Source: Eledone cirrhosa
Taxonomy: Eukaryota
Assembly (NCBI GenBank): GCA_964016885.1
Contig: OZ024743.1
Span: 28,396,001 to 28,460,000 of the forward strand
Reading direction: 5' to 3'
Length of the DNA: 64,000 nt
Every line of letters starts with the position of its first letter. Position 1 is the first letter of the stretch. The translations under genes were made by a program, and so were the position numbers. The notes beneath the pieces are model-generated. The model did not search any database, was not told the DNA's origin, and saw only the letters and a program-made list of their open reading frames with translations. Shown one piece after another: positions 12,430-26,903 of the stretch.

Positions 12430-13400
12430 GTTATAAGGGATATTATTTCTTGGTTCTGCTTCCTTGGTAACACGAAGTTTCGTGTTTACGTTGTTGGTTT
12501 GTGTTTTGTGTCTGTAAGCTTGTTTTTGTTGTGGTTATGTTGTGGTTGTTGTAAGGTTAATGGTGATGCCAATAGTGCTTGTGTTGTTAACTGGAATAGT
12601 GTTGTTGCAGGTGTGTGTTTTGTATTTCTGGGCTAGGTGTTGGTGTATGGCTGAGTGTGTTGTTTGATATTTTGTCTTTTTTTTTTTTGCCTTCTTAGTT
12701 TTTGTGGTTCCTCTTCTCTTTCACTGGGAAATGGGGGAGGGGTGTTTGTGTCTGACAAAAGTGGTATGGAAGTGTATTTATATCTTTGTGTGTTTATGTA
12801 TTTAGAGCGGGGGGTGGGTGGGGAGAGAGCTTTGTTTTGGTGAACCTAAGGTTGGTTTTGATGGTTCTTACGATTGTTGTTGTTGGCGTCGGTGTTGTTT
12901 CTGATGTTGGTGTTGCTAGTCGCTGTCATGATGTAGCTGCTGCTACTGTTGTTGGTGTGCCGCTGTTGTTGTTGTCTGCTTCTGGTGCTCATTTTGTTGT
13001 TTGTTGGGATTCTTGTTTTGGCAGCAATGGCACTCTGTGGATCATAGCTGTTTCCTGTAGAGTAAAGAAAGCTTTTAAATGAATGACTTGTCCACAGATT
13101 TGATCTGGTCAAATATTTCCAGATTGATTCCAAATTGGTTATTCCTCTGGGCCCTCTTTACTCCGAGGAGCGTTTCACTTCCCTCCGGCATGCTAGGATC
13201 CACCAGGTGTCTAATTCTAGTGGAAACCCAAAAATTCGGATTTTCAGTGTTCTTCCCTTGTTAGAGGGAAACATAAGTTGGTCCATTTTACATGGTACCA
13301 CAGAGTCCTTCTTTAGAGGAACCTCGATTTTGAAGAGGACTGAGATGCTCTCAGACTGTTTGGCCTTATGAAAAGAAACACAAATGTTTAGCCTCCAAGG
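12430..13400 (-). pseudogene. Eroded L1/Tx1-type ORF1 remnant
   Basis: Minus-strand LMFPSNKGRTLKIRIFGFPLELDTWWI resembles VLVPSYCGQKIVRVKLTHVPPGMAPSWL of the ORF1 at 1-1437, and is followed by a Q/N/T-rich low-complexity tail. Confidence 0.5.
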
Positions 13401-13484
13401 GCTATAGATATAGGGAAATCAACCAACCCTTCTACAATTGTTGGTGTAGTTACGAAACATTATATAATGTTCAGTGATAATGAA

Positions 13485-13669
13485 GGGCGGTGGATTGGCA
13501 GTATCGGTAGAGGATCGAACGCCATGCTTTCCAGCATAGTTACGCCCCTTTACGATCTGAATTCAAATCCCGCCGAGGTTGACTTTGCCTTTCATCCTTA
13601 CGGGGTCGATAAAATAAAGTACCAGTAATGCACTGGGTAATTGCTGGCCTTGTGCCTAAAGTAGAAACA
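13485..13669 (+). mobile_element. tRNA-derived SINE, full length
   Basis: Complete head, core and tail. Flanking duplication ATTATATAATGTTCAGT. Confidence 0.9.
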
Positions 13670-13778
13670 ATTATATAATGTTCAGTAAAATTGCTTTAAA
13701 ACACCTTAACAAACAATGAACTTACTCCACAGGACGGGTACGTCTCGAGAAACTCAACAACATCAACAATAATAATGG

Positions 13779-14220
13779 CTTCTGATTTAGGAACAAGGCC
13801 AGCAATTATTTGTCGGACGCAAAATTCGATTAAATCAAGTCCAGTACGTTAGTGGTACTTTATTTTATCGTCCCCGTAAGGATGAAAGGCAAAGCTAACC
13901 TCCGCAGTATTTGTACTCATAACGTAAAGGGACGTAACTATATGCCACAAAGCATGTTGGTTGACGCTTTACAGATACCACCAATCCACCACCCAATAAT
14001 AATAATAATTGTTTCTACTTTAGGCACAAGGCTAGCAATTTGAAGGGGGAGGGGGAAGTCGATTAAATCAAGTCCTGCACGTTAGTGGTACTTTATTTTA
14101 CCGACCCCGTAAGGATGAAAGGCAAAGCTAACCTGGACGGGATTTGAACTGAGACCGTAAACAGATGTAACTATGCTGGAAATCATGGCGTCCGACCCTC
14201 TACTGATATTGCCAATCCAC
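13779..14220 (-). mobile_element. Two tandem SINE copies (13779-13993, 14010-14220)
   Basis: Same family, separated by a short (AAT)n. Confidence 0.85.
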
Positions 14221-15543
14221 AAAATAACAATGGCAGTTCCAACGGTAGCACCTGTCAGGTGACAGTTAAGGAGAACGGGTATGATATTTTCATCATCTCC
14301 ATCGTATTTCAGCATTTACTTCAATCTCATGTTTTGCTGCCTTCAAGAAAGCCATAACATTTCGCCAACAAATAGCTAATATCTGACAGTGACACAAAAC
14401 AACACATTTTCCTGGACGTACAATATGACAGAACCTTGTGTAGGGCTCAGTGCCTGATTTACCATTATGCTTATGGGGAACCAATCTTCCTGCCCCCAAA
14501 AATTTCTACGATGAACATTTTTCAAATGTTTCAGGGATAAAAACTTAACTAGCACAAGGCTTCATTTGTCCTAAATCCGACACTGGTACAGCTGGTATAT
14601 ATTCGCCTAACCTCTCAGATTGGGCCTGATAAGTAACAATTATACTGAAGACAGAATATATATGAGGATGTAGCAGCATATTGTAAAGAACTAATTTCGA
14701 TAAGTTACATTTACTACCATAACGTTTCTATCAATAAACATGTTTTAAAATTATATAAATATATAAATAAGAAATCATAGTTGAGTATAGAAGAGTTGCT
14801 ACAAACTTCCATTATTACCATTGTAATTATACTATGGTATTTTAATTGTCCACTTGGATGAAGCTGATTAACAATCTATAAATCTAATGTACATTCGTTG
14901 CCACATTTACACGACCAAAAGTTTGTCAATGCATTTTATTTTTATTTTTACTTCATATAAATGATATCAATTATTAGCAATATGACAGTAATTCAGCGAT
15001 AGTCGTGGAAGACAACGTGAGCATATAAAAAGTATTAGCAATATGGTAATGCCTCGTTAGAATTCTGAATACATTTTCCTGCGAAAACTCAAATATTCAA
15101 TATCCTTTCAATTCTAAAACCCATGAAAGCATAAACATTTCCGGATAAAATTCCAATTTATTAATTAATAGACTTACAATAATTGACTTAGATAGTAATT
15201 AGCCTATACACACAAACATGGCCACATTCTCGTATAAGTATATACTGTATATGAACACTTATTCATATGCATCTGCATATATAAAATATGAATGTTATAG
15301 ATTACTACAAATGAGCATACACACACACACATCATATGTATATATAATCAGGGATAATTATGGATACATATATACATATAAATACATACATTTATACACA
15401 TATATTCATACAAATAAATCTATTCCTATAAACCTATATATTCATATGAATTAACCTAGATTTATATATATGGTAGAACTGGTGCGGCAAGGAAATATAC
15501 TTCCAAATAGTAACAAATGTACAATAGAGAATCATTTATTACT

Positions 15544-15720
15544 TGGATTGGCAGTATCGGTAGAGGGTCAGACACCATGCTTTCCAGCATAGTTACGTCC
15601 CTTTACGATCTGAGTTCAAATCCCGCCGAGGTTGACTTTGCCTTTCATCATTACGGGGTCGATAAAATAAAGTACCAGTAATGCACTGGGTAATTGCTGG
15701 CCTTGTGCCTAAAGAAGAAA
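15544..15720 (+). mobile_element. tRNA-derived SINE
   Basis: Same family. Target-site duplication CATTTATTACT on both sides. Confidence 0.9.
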
Positions 15721-16144
15721 CATTTATTACTAATAGGCGCAGACACTAATAGGCGCGGGCACTCTTATATAAAGTAACATATTACTGATGAAGCATCTAT
15801 ATGAAGCATAAGCATGAGAATATAATAAATATAATTAAGAAAGAATGGAAAAAGGAATTAGATAGAAATGCTGAATATTAAAATTATGAATAAAAATACT
15901 ATAAAAAATATTCAAATATGACACGGGAGGATTTGATCCGTTGTAATTTCTGATATAATGTCATCTGTGAACCATGGCATTTCAGCAGTGGTGATATCTA
16001 AATTAGTCATTTAATTTCATTGTCACAGTTGACTGATTTAATAGCAAATTTATTTAAATTATTTTCTCCTCTACATTTGACAAACCTTTATTAATATATG
16101 TATGTATGTATGTATGTCTATCTGTCTGTCTGTATGTATGTATA

Positions 16145-16450
16145 TATGTATGTATTTATTTATGTCAGGTCACCAGTTGGTGCTACTGGTAACATGTATC
16201 CCAGTACAACCTGTCTCATGGTCGGGTCGTTGGCGACTAAACTGGCAACCCCACCAAGGTTTCTTGGTTAGGAAGGTGACTTTGGACATCCTGCAGGACT
16301 AAAAACAAAACCTGTCAAAGGGCAAAGGAGCTCTTAAGAGTCAATGGCCATCCAAAATCACCGGGAGAGATGACCCCTTAGCCTTTGTCAAGGCAGAATT
16401 CTAGGAGAAGGAAAACTCTGATATAACACCTGCAACCCTGATGGTATCCA
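16145..16450 (+). mobile_element. Probable LINE (RTE-like) 5' UTR fragment
   Basis: GC-richer, self-complementary segment (GGTCACCAGTT...AACTGGCAACC) resembling RTE leader sequences. No ORF is attached. Confidence 0.35.
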
Positions 16451-16832
16451 ATGATGTTGACTTCTTCTTCTTTTTGGTAAATATCATCTTGGTTAAGAGA
16501 GTGGGACTGGCTTTGTGCAGTGCCTTTGCTCACTATAAAAGCTTCACGGCACAGGCATTGCTTTATATCTGGAGATCTCTCTGCACTTGTCGTCACATGG
16601 TACCATGGGCCCAGCACTATGTGTCAATAATTGTCACAAGTGTAGTGTTTGTACCAGAGTTTTCAAGTCGCTGGCTGGACTAAAAAGTCACACTCGTTCA
16701 GCGCTTCGGTAGGAGTTCTCCTACATGGATATAAAGTAGTGGCCGTACTCGAAAACGAGTTGGCAGCCACCATTTATTTATGTATTTATGTATCTATGCA
16801 TGTAGGTATGTATGTGTATGGATGTGTGTATT

Positions 16833-16914
<82 letters not shown>

Positions 16915-17091
16915 TGTGTGTGTGTGTGTATGTGTGATTGTGTGTTTGTGTGCGTGTGGAGAGAAGGATACAAAGTGAAAAAGAGGATAAATAAATAAAT
17001 CTTGGGTGTTACATTTGTTTTATAACTCACTCCATGCTTCTCCGTCTACATTAACCACTCATTAATTTGTTTGCTATTGTTTGCTATTGAA

Positions 17092-17275
17092 GGCGGTGGA
17101 TTGCCAGTATCGGTAGAGGGTCGGACGCCATGCTTTCCAGCATAGTTACGTCCCTTTATGATCTGAGTTCAAATCCCGCCGAGGTTGACTTTGCCTTTCA
17201 TCCTTACGGGGTCGATAAAATAAAGTACCAGTAATGCACTGGGTGATTGCTGGCCTTGTGCCTAAAGTAGAAACA
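17092..17275 (+). mobile_element. tRNA-derived SINE, full length
   Basis: Same family. Flanking duplication ATTAATTTGTTTGCTATTG. Confidence 0.9.
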
Positions 17276-19628
17276 ATTAATTTGTTTGCTATTGAAATTA
17301 CACTGGGGAACAAAAACAGTCTCGTGTCACAGGAATGAAACTACTCCAGCTTTATAGTAATTTTTGCGCTGAATCAGATAATATTTTAGAATAGCAAGCA
17401 ATTCAATTTTTAAGCTATATTATAAAGACAAGATCGAGTAACAGATTAAGACCAGAGAGAAGAGACCAATTTGTAATTGAGCAAGTCACAGAAAGTGTGA
17501 CGAAAGTACTTTGACGAACTAACCAATAAGCAGTAATAAAGATAACGTGAAGAAGTGAAAATCATATGGTGCGTATGTTTTTATTGCCAATACTTGCGAC
17601 ATGACCATCCACAAATAAAACAATTATAAGTAAACATTTGTTAAAATATCGATCGACATACTTTTTTGAAAGTGTATCCTTGTTTGGTTTCCTCCGGTAC
17701 TTTGTTCCTGTCATATATATTTAATAGTTCAGCCAGTGTCGACACTCTGGCTTTAGTTGCATTGGTACTGCATTGTCATGGTTAAATTATTTTGATATTC
17801 CACCAAAAGCCACGAAGGCACTACACCGGCTTTAATACTTATGTTTACTTACTGTTTCAGAAGAGTTTAGACCTTGACATTTCTCAAAATGTTTACAAGA
17901 AACTTTACTACGCAGTGTTATCAACTCATTCAAATCTATTTCCTGATAATTTTCTTATTATATGGCCTACAAATGTACCTTCATAAATCTTAGCACCTAT
18001 GATCGGGAGAAATATTTCGCAACTGTTTAAATCTCCAGTTTTCAGTTTATCTAATCCATCTTTTTAACAAACTTTCCAATATTTCTTGGTGTGCTAAGGT
18101 AATATGAATATTTTTTCTGGATCAACAAACAAACCGTTCAAGGTATTTTTCTTTCCTTAGACCAAATGTCGTGCGTTTAGCCAATTTTTCTAAAGCTGAT
18201 AGTTTTGTTTTTGTTACATTCCTACACATAAAAACAACAGTGCTTGGTGTAACCAAGCTTCTACACCATCAAATGTGCAATGACATTCAAAGCTGGACAC
18301 ATATTTTACCTACATTTCTGATACCGAATATTATTTAAAGCAACGTTATGCTGCATGACTCTAGGTCGAGAAATATAAAAAAAAAACATAACACCATCGA
18401 TAAGCTTCTCGTTTCACAACAATACTGTATCATAAACTAGATATGTCAAGACGAAATTTAACAGATTCAACCTATAATTCCTTTTAAATGAACGACGCTA
18501 TCAAGTCAATGGGGATACCTCTAGGTGAACACTCAATCTGTTACAAATTTCACTCAAATAAACTGACCCTCACGAAACAAAAGGGAGATGCTGATCTATG
18601 TACTCCTAGATCCACAATGGTAAAACAATGGAAGAGGTGAACATGGCTATATCTTCTTTGATCGTGAGTTTGTTCAGTCAGTGATGATATAGAATTAAAA
18701 CGACATCGCTTTTTAATATATAGAATACTATTTATAGTCATCAAAATATATACTCACTGAAAACTGACAAAATATCGACGTTGCTCCAGCATGACCATAC
18801 GTCCGAATGTTTAAATTAATCATGAGCAAACTACGGACCATGAGCAACCAGTTTAGCTTTCTGAATGACACCCGTAATTTCAAAATTGCTTTATAGTTTT
18901 TGCTAGTGCCTTATAATGAGTCACATCCTATGCGACCCCAAGATCAAAAAAGGTTTCACATGTTTGGTTTAAGCACTGTAAATAACTAAGGAATTAATAA
19001 CATTCTGCATAAAAAAAGCATATGTAATCATTATTGCGAAAAATGTATTAATATTAGGGATAGAAAAGAAGACACGTCAAGAACGCAAATAAATCCTACA
19101 CTGCGGTTTAGATTTCAGGATGTTGTTTATTCTCATTAAAATACATTATCAGCCGTGTACGAAGTTTCAATTCTCACTCATTTATATTTTACATTTCATT
19201 CTTGAATAGTTATTGATATAATAAAACAGCCCACAAAAGATCAAACAATTGATTGTATCTCATTAGAATGTAGAATATATTTACTGATGCATCAAATTCA
19301 AGAAACCTTATTTTAATTTTACACATTGTTTTTGTTGCGGCACTATTTTCACTAGAAAGAAAGAGAGAAAATAGGTAGAGAAAGCGCGATAGGTAAGAGA
19401 GAGGGAATGCATGTCAGACAAAAAATGTGAACTAATCAAATTGTGGTGCCAGTTCCACTCAGCAGTAAATAGGTGCCATGCCAATGTAGCAGTTTTTATT
19501 GTGATGATGAGGAAGGATAGTGAAAGAAAAAGTGAGACACAATGTGACATAGAAATGCGTCGTATTGTTTTCAAACACAAAACATTATACCAATACACAG
19601 AAAATTGGAGTTGAAATATGTTATAGAT

Positions 19629-19837
19629 CAGGCATGTGTCAAACTGAGGGCCACATCAGTCACATATGTGTTGTCTGAGGACCACACACGACAATTAATT
19701 GCGCACATTACAAAACATTTTAAAATTTTATATTACGAAGATAAAACATGCTTGGGCTGTAACAATCTTTGTGCGGACCGCAGGTGTGCTTGTAAAAGGC
19801 CACATACGTCCCGCGGGCTGCCTGTTTGACATGCCTG
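19629..19837. mobile_element. hAT (Charlie-like) MITE
   Basis: TIRs CAGGCATG(TG)TCAAAC / GTTTGACATGCCTG and a perfect 8-bp TSD TTATAGAT (19621-19628, 19838-19845). Confidence 0.88.
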
Positions 19838-20628
19838 TTATAGATTATATCACGATGAAAACTATTACTTCCACCAAATATCTTAATAACAATTATCGTA
19901 ATAACAGTGCAAGTATGTTTGACCCAGCTTGTTATAAACTCATTGAATAATAAAGCATTAACGGATAAATATATTTTGTCAATGAGTTTTAATTATACAC
20001 GTGGAATTAAATATATATATATAAAAATTAAAAACTCGAGTAAAGGATAAACGACATCAATAAATTTGAATCATAACCAAATATGGCTAACCTCTTGAGC
20101 TATATGTGGGAAGCGTAAAACACTTTAAAGGAATGTATTTGATGAACACAGAATTCACAGATCAAAATGATGCTGATATATAACATTGCAAAAGCTAATC
20201 ATAATTCCATCGAGGTGGAAAGCAATAACAATTTAAAAGCTTACACCATTGAAATTTACTTCGGCAAAAGAACCATTTAAATTACAATTAAACGTCACAT
20301 AGAATTGTTGGAAGTATCAAGGGAATATATATTCAATGGGAATTGAATGGATCATGCAACATCTAAAAATGAAGTATATATTAATGTTCCAAGACTGAAA
20401 CATCAGAACAACATTTAGTTGGATGAACTGAGAGGAGTATTAAATTCAGTCAAGAAATTTGTACGCAAATTCCGATCATAAATGTAATTCCCAAGTCAAG
20501 ATAATAGTAAATACGGATAACACAAACACACAAACACGTACATACACATCCATATATATATATATATATATATATGTGTGCGTGTATTTATGTGTATATT
20601 ATACATGCATACACAAACACACATATAA

Positions 20629-20679
<51 letters not shown>

Positions 20680-21258
20680 TATGTATGCGTGTGTATTTAT
20701 CTAGCTCTCTATATATATATACATACATACACATATGAATATAAACGCACATATACATATATATAAATATACACATATGTATATGTATGTAAAGTGTATA
20801 TATTCATATCTATATATGTTTAGTTTAACACACTTATATACTGCAGCCTTAACACATATATTTCCTCATATTTATTAAACAGTTTACAAACAAGCTACAG
20901 TATTGTTGTGTGGTATAAATTAAGAGAGGTGATTTCAACAAAGACAAACTACAGGTGATATACATATAAAAAATATATATATCGTGATGCTGCCAATATC
21001 GTTAGATTTCGCTTTTAACACACCCTGGTAATATCCGCTAATGGCTCGTTTCTGAAAAATATATAAAGGTTCATTGAATTACGATAACTAAATAGCGTCA
21101 TGGAATTGCGTTCCGCTGAAGACACGCAAGCACTTACATACACATAAATATACCCATATGTTTGCAAATTATATATATATATATATATATACATAAACAT
21201 ATATATATAAATACACTCTTATATTTGCATATAATATATATAAGCATACATTTATTGG

Positions 21259-21366
<108 letters not shown>

Positions 21367-22026
21367 ATATTCGTGTGTGTTTGCATTTATTATCATTATA
21401 TTTCTATATGTTTAATATATAATAAATATAACACATTTTGATTTGAATAAATGTTAGCTTTCATTGAGCGCTTCGAAAAAAATCTTTACACCTACAAATT
21501 GCATACATATTCTTCGATATCATAGAGGTTAACCACATAAAAATATTATAAGCAGCGTTTCTTTCACGTTTGATAATTACTAAGGAAATTCTTACAATAT
21601 GAGAATTCTTGTAAATATATTCATTAATGAAAATAAAAAAAAGGAAAAAATATCTTTACTGTTCCATAAGATGTTTAGAATACTATAGCATAATATATAT
21701 ATATATAAATAAATAAATATATATATATATATAAGAAAGTAAGTCCATAGAATCATTTGATAAAATATATACAGTATTTCTTCTCCCAATCAGCATAATT
21801 AACCACACAAAAAATCAATTAAAACGAGGCTATACGTTTAAATGCACCTATGAAGAAACAATAGATAAATAAATGATAGCTATTTTATCCGCAATCAATA
21901 GCCACAGAGGATTTACCTAGTATTTCTAATAGCCCATAGAAATTGACCAGACATATAGCCAACCATACACAATTAGGTACAAAATCAAAGTTAGAAAAAA
22001 AAATGTACATAAACATACCAAAATTA

Positions 22027-22111
22027 TGTTTCTACCCCAAGAGGTTTCATTCGCATTTTGAAAATATCCGATCATGGATAAATTCACGAGTTTCGAAATT
22101 ATCAGGAAACA
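22027..22111 (-). ncRNA. Type I hammerhead, core mutated (CUGAUAA)
   Basis: Same fold as the other family B copies, with a G8>A change. Confidence 0.6.
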
Positions 22112-22600
22112 AACTCAATTGGACAAAGATTTTTAAAGGATCCCCGCCAGAGACGAATTCAAAATGGCTAAGAACTGTCACATAGCCAATGGTCAAGTTA
22201 GAAAGCTTGTGATTGGTGCCTGACGGCGAGTAGGCTGGTTGCTAGAAAGCGCAGCCGAATACTGCCTAAATTGTTACTCAAACATACGTGAGTTTATAAA
22301 ATATATAGATTTACATATACATAAACTAGACAGAGCCATAGATATATGCGTGTTTTTGGCAACCGTTCACGGTGTGGCTCAATGACGAATTAATTAATTA
22401 AATAATCAACAATCAGAGCAATATATAAGAAAGTAAGTCCATAGAATCATTTGAAAAAATATATAGAGTATTTCTTTTCTCAATCAGATATATATATATA
22501 TGTGTGTTTTTGGCAACCACTGGCTATGTGGCAGTTCTTAACCATTTTGAATTCGTCTCTGGCGGGGATCATTTAATAAAAATCTTTGTCCAATTGAGTT

Positions 22601-22685
22601 TGTTTCCTGATGATTTCGAAACTCGTGAATTTATCCATGATCGGATATTTCCAAAAAGCGAATGAAACCTCTTGGGGTAGAAACA
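22601..22685 (+). ncRNA. Type I hammerhead ribozyme with extended stem II (family B)
   Basis: UGUUUC-CUGAUGA-U UUCG...CGAA U-GAAA-CCUC UU GGGG-UA^GAAACA. Confidence 0.8.
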
Positions 22686-23308
22686 TAATTTTGGTATGTT
22701 TATTTACATTTTTTTCTTCTAACTTTTATTTTGTACTTAATTGTGTATGGTTGGCTATATGTCTGGTCAATTTCTACGGGCTATTAGAAATACTAGGTAA
22801 ATCCTCTGTGGCTATTGATCGTGGATAAAATAGCTATCATTTATTTATCTATTGTTTCTTCATAGGTACATTTAAACTTATAGCCTCGTTTTAATTGATA
22901 TTTTGTGTGGTCAATTATGCTGATTCGGAGAAGAAATACTGTATATATTTTATCAAATGATTCTATGGACTTACTTTCTTATATATTGCTCTGATTGTTG
23001 ATTATTTAATTAATTAATTCGTCATTGAGCCACATCGTGAATGGTTGCCCAAAACACATATATATCTATATATATCTATGGCTCTGTCTAGTTTATGTAT
23101 ATGTAAATCTATATATTTTATAAACTCACGTATAGTTGAGTAATAATTTAGGCAGTATTCGGCTGCGCTTTCTAGCAATCAGCCTACTCGCCGTCAGGCA
23201 CCAATCACAAGTTTTCTAACTTGACCACTGGCCATGTGTCAGTTCTTAACCATTTTGAATTCGTCTCTGGCGGGGATCATTTAAAAAAAATCTTTGTCCA
23301 ATTGAGTT

Positions 23309-23393
23309 TGTATCCTGATGATTTCGAAACTCGTGAATTTATCCATGATCGGATATTTCCAAAAAGCGAATGAAATCTCATGGGGTAGAAACA
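23309..23393 (+). ncRNA. Type I hammerhead ribozyme (family B)
   Basis: UGUAUC-CUGAUGA...CGAAU-GAAA-UCUC AU GGGG-UA^GAAACA, with one stem I mismatch. Confidence 0.72.
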
Positions 23394-24322
23394 TAATTTT
23401 GGTATGTTTATGTACATTTTTTTCTTCTAACTTTGATTTTGTACCTAATTGTGTATGGTTGGCTATATGTCTGGTCAATTTCTACGAGCTATTAAAAATA
23501 CTAGGTAAATCCTCTGTGGCTATTGATCGCGGATAAAATAGCTATCATTTATTTATCTATTGTTTCTTCATAGGTACATTTAAACTTAAAGCCTCGTTTT
23601 AATTGATTTTTTGTGTGGTTAATTATGCTGATTCGGAGAAGAAATACTGCATATATTTTATCAAATGATTCTATGGACTTACTTTCTTATATATTGCTCT
23701 AATTGTTGATTATTTAATTAATTAATTCGTCATCGAGCCACACCGTGAATGGTTGCCAAAAACACATATATATATATATCTGTGGCTCTGTCTAGTTTTT
23801 GTATATGTAACTCTATATATGATATATTTATATATATATATATATGTGCGTGTGTGGGGGTGTGATGGTGGGGTGGGGGATGTATGTGTGTGTGTGTGTG
23901 TGCGTGTGTGTATATACATGTACATATTTTAAACTTGGGGAGGGTCATATTGTTGTAATACTATTGCCAGAAATAATAACAGAACACACTCACTGTTTGG
24001 ATGGTTTTCGCTTCTGTATCTTTTATATCTCCATAGTTATTTCATTTGCCCATCAATGTTTATCATTGACTGACCAACGGTCAAAAATACAGATATAAAT
24101 ATATATATACATAGTCTAACAAAGTTGTTTCGTTGCACATCTGCAACTGTGGCACTAGTATTACAAAAATATGACCCTCCCCAAGTATAACAAATATTTG
24201 TTTCGACACACGATTTTATATCAAAAACCTCGCAAAACAAATACATAATCACCTCATTTACACAGACGAGAAAACTATATATTCTCGACGGCTTTCAACT
24301 CCAGCAGTAGCAAGCGGTGGGA

Positions 24323-24376
24323 GGGACCGTCCTGACGAAGGCCAGTCATGCCTGAAATGCATAGACTGTTGTTCCC
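24323..24376 (+). ncRNA. Minimal type I hammerhead (Penelope pLTR type)
   Basis: GUC-CUGACGA-AGGC CAGUCAU GCCU-GAAA-UGCA-UA^GAC, with palindromic stem III AUGCAU. Confidence 0.82.
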
Positions 24377-24765
24377 CTTGCTTCTGCTACGGCTTCCGAA
24401 AACCGTATTTCTTTAGAAATACGAAATTTCTATACGCAATAATGCATTCTGATGTTAAAGTATGTTTCTAGCCGTACAGCGTACTTTATTAAATACTTTG
24501 CGTTTATAATTGCCTCGGAAGAGCCCCATTGGGCGAAACATATGGAAGAGCTTTATAAAAAAAAATATGTTTTAACGGCTTGTAACTCTTTCATTAATCT
24601 GTTTGCTTATAACCGCTCTGCTTATTATTAATTTCCTCTAATATTTAACCCTGATTATACAAGCATCGAGCACCTATGCACCCGCTTTTGGCAAATAATA
24701 CTCTGTATCGCATCTCTTTATAGCTCCTCTTTCTATCCTCATTTACGATACCTTTTATTATATAC

Positions 24766-25168
<403 letters not shown>

Positions 25169-26588
25169 TGAGGAGGCTTGTGTGTTTATTCAAAACATAT
25201 GCTGCATTGGTTCTGCCGAATAATTCCTCAGAATCTCGATTATTTGCTGTACATGATGATGATTAAAACCTTCAATCGCAATATAGGCCATTTTGATTAG
25301 GATTTCATTTAGTTGAAGTGTATGTGGTTGAATACGAATCTTCTTTGGTATAATGAACATTTAGTCTTTACTCTTTCCAACATCTTTATGAGAATTAGCT
25401 TAGTCCATTAGGAGTTGCTATTCTTCCGATAGAACGGTGATTACAAACGGAAACTAAGGAACGATGATGTGCTATTGTCGATTTTGAATGCTCAATACTT
25501 AAGGTCTTGTGTAATAAACTTTGCTTTAAGCAGGAAACAGCATTATTCTGACATAATAAAAAAGGAGCTTATCATTTTTCTTTTTTAATTAAGAAGGAAA
25601 TTTCTCAGTTTATTAAAATGTGTACACGTACATTATTCATTACTACGAAACCAACTAGATTGAGTTGGTGTACTTTAATAATCAAATTTAATTTCACGTA
25701 AATATAAACAAAAAAGAGATAAGACCATCAAACACGCACGTCCTTCAGACAGTGTGATACGATACTGGGAATATCATACTGAGTAGGGCAACTGCCATTA
25801 TGTCCTTTACTCAAGGTGTACAATATACATCATCTAAGTCATCCTTTCGTGTATTTTTATGGAGATTTCTATCAAGTTATGGATTGCATGTACCTTTATT
25901 AGCACGAAAGATGAATGTTGTTAAGCACTACTAAATGTGAAAATATTTGAGCCCCCTTCTAAAATGTAGCTATCTAATCTGCTTTTCTGTTGTTGCTTAC
26001 TCGAGATCTGCTACATTGAACAGACACGTTTAATGGATTCTAACCATGGCGATTAGAACATTATTGTATCTGTAGTATTACGTTATCCATGATATTTATA
26101 TCTCATCTTTCTTAAGACGTAAGATGTGATTTAAGGAAATTTGGTTGCAAATTCATTGCATACCCAGTACCGGCCTAGAAGCTCTTATGTCGGTTCCTTA
26201 ACACTACGTGTCATTTGGCATCAAGCTGATAAACTGATATAAACTATATAGTGCAGTGGCACTCAATTAGTATTAACACCAGCGAACAGGTAGTGCTATA
26301 GAGTAATCCAGTATTTGAAAATAAAACTGATCATACCAACATTAAGATGTATTGATGATCGACAATATCAAAAGCTGATCAATTATCTCAATTGATAAAT
26401 GACCTATCAAAGGCGTGCTTCGTTACAAAATTAACGCTATGCTATTTCATATTCTATTAAGTTTGTCCAATTTAGTCATGCTTCTCTGTGGTCAGTTATG
26501 GTCAACAAGTCCCTTGTAATTCAAATGGATAGATAAATAAATGTATAAGGAGAAATATCTCTTGATATCTACTCTCTTTCTCACTCTA

Positions 26589-26647
<59 letters not shown>

Positions 26648-26859
26648 GTCTGTCACTCTTTGACCCTCTCATTTTTCCTCTCATTCTCTCTTTCCATCTC
26701 TCTCTCCATCTCTCTCTCTCACCCTCTCTCTTTGTTTTGCTAAGAAAGCAAGGATGAACTTCTCAATACCGAAATCTAGTGTTGACATTAACATCCGTTG
26801 CTTCTCTACTCATACATATATATGTATGTGCACGCGTATTTGGGATTGAGTGTGCATCT

Positions 26860-26903
<44 letters not shown>

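Larger units (their letters stand above)
21731..23825. repeat. ~694-708-bp hammerhead-bearing repeat (family B): ~1.1 units in one orientation, then ~1.9 units inverted
   Basis: AAGAAAGTAAGTCCATAG at 21733 and 22427. The inverted block starts at ~22516. Hammerhead cores at 22607 and 23315. Flanked by (TA)n. Confidence 0.92.

Noticed and set aside
13485-13580. tRNA gene
   Set aside because: The A/B boxes belong to the SINE head, and no complete cloverleaf forms.
14225-14640. Possible host exon or pseudogene (also 62700-63200)
   Set aside because: Frames are interrupted by stops, with no recognisable domain or clear splice structure.
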